The notes beneath the pieces are model-generated. The model was not told the DNA's origin. It was given only the letters and a program-made list of their open reading frames with translations, and did not search any database. A stretch of DNA of 64,000 nt from Okamejei kenojei (Eukaryota), in NCBI GenBank assembly GCA_035221665.1, contig CM069133.1:91016001-91080000 (forward strand), given 5' to 3'. The position numbers and the translations under genes were made by a program. Below are positions 62,855-64,000 of the stretch, one piece after another. The first letter of the stretch is position 1, and each line of letters starts with the position of its first letter.

Positions 62855-63037
62855 AGTGCTGGAGAACTCAGCAGGTCAGGCTGGATCTATGGAGGGTCCG
62901 AAGATGGGTCGCGACCCAAACGCCACCTATTCCTTCTCTCCAAGATGCTGCCTGACCTGCTGAGTTACTCCAGCATTTTGTGTCTATCTCTGGAGGGAAT
63001 GGCTAGGTGACGTTTAGGGGCGCGTCCCTTCTTCAGG
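62855..63037. mobile_element. Penelope 3'-end copy (-) with a second copy (+, 62897-62985) nested inside
   Basis: TSD atct(a/c)tggaggg at 62885-62896 and 62986-62997. Confidence 0.75.
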
Positions 63038-63222
63038 CATTTTTTAAGGGGTTGGGAAAGATTGAAAATTTCACGTATTTAAATATGTTGTTACGAATAT
63101 AACTAGTAGAATGTGAGAAAATTCCATGAGCCATAATTGCCACATACATACCCAAAAGTAGAAATGTAGAAAGTTACAGTGTGTAAGAAAAAAGATATTA
63201 CGAGCTTTGTAGTCTCCTTGTA

Positions 63223-64000
63223 CATAGAAACATAGAAACATAGAAATTAGGTGCAGGAGCAGGCCATTCGGCCCTTCGAGCCTGCACCGCCATTCAATAT
63301 GATCATGGCTGATCATCCAGCTCTGTATCCTGTACCTGCTTTCCCTCCATACCCCCTGATCCCTTAAGCCACAAGGGCCACATCCAACTCCCTCTTAAAT
63401 ATGGCCAACGAACTGGCCTCAACTACCTTCTGTGGCAGAGGAATTCCACAGATTCACCACTCTCTGTGTGAAAAAACAATTTTTCTCATCTCGGTCCTAA
63501 AAGACTTCCCCCTTATCCTTAAACTGTGACCCCTTGTCCTGGACTTCCCCAACATCGGGAACAATCTTCCTGCATCTAGCCTGTTCAACCCCTTAAGAAT
63601 TTTGTAAGTTTCTATGAGATCACCCCTCAATCTTCTAAATTCCAGCGAGTACAAGCTAAGTATATCCAGTCTTTCTTCATATGGAAGTCGTGCCATCCCA
63701 GGAATCAGTCTGGTGAACCTTCTCTGTACTCCCTCTATGGCAAGAATGTCTTTCCTCAGATTAGGAGACCAAAACTGTACGCAATACTCCAGGTGTGGCC
63801 TCACCAAGACCCTGTACAACTGCAGTAGAGCCTCCCTGCTCTTGTACTCAAATCCTTTTGCTATGAATGCCAACATACCATTCGCTTTCTTCACAGCCTG
63901 CTGCACCTGCATGCCTACTTTCAATGACTGGCGTACCATGACACCCAGGTCTCGCTGCATCTCCCCTTTTCCTAATCGGTCACCATTCAAATAATAGTCT
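63223..64000 (-). mobile_element. CR1 LINE 3' portion
   Basis: ORF 63454-63990; near-identical to 40255-41023 in inverted orientation; (catagaaa)n tail. Confidence 0.92.

Overview
Vertebrate genomic DNA, most likely from a cartilaginous fish (skate or ray), judged from an HE1-type SINE and the CR1/Penelope/Rex1 repertoire. The one host gene I can support is SLC24A2 (NCKX2) on the minus strand: its large first coding exon (CDS 5019-5963) and a CpG-rich 5' region. The rest is intron and upstream DNA packed with transposons: two related DIRS tyrosine-recombinase retrotransposons with complete terminal structures, a degenerate gag-bearing ERV with one LTR, two Tc1 families, many nested CR1, Rex1/Babar and RTE LINE fragments, and Penelope-like elements whose 3' ends carry a minimal hammerhead-ribozyme motif. 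The most unusual object is a young 1136-bp LTR element (44386-45521). Its primer-binding site runs on into a 35-nt copy of tRNA-Leu(CAA) that is fused directly to an intact integrase C-terminal ORF. I found no prokaryotic-type system, CRISPR array, rRNA or complete tRNA gene. All calls were made by eye; family names and many boundaries are approximate unless a TSD or splice site is quoted.
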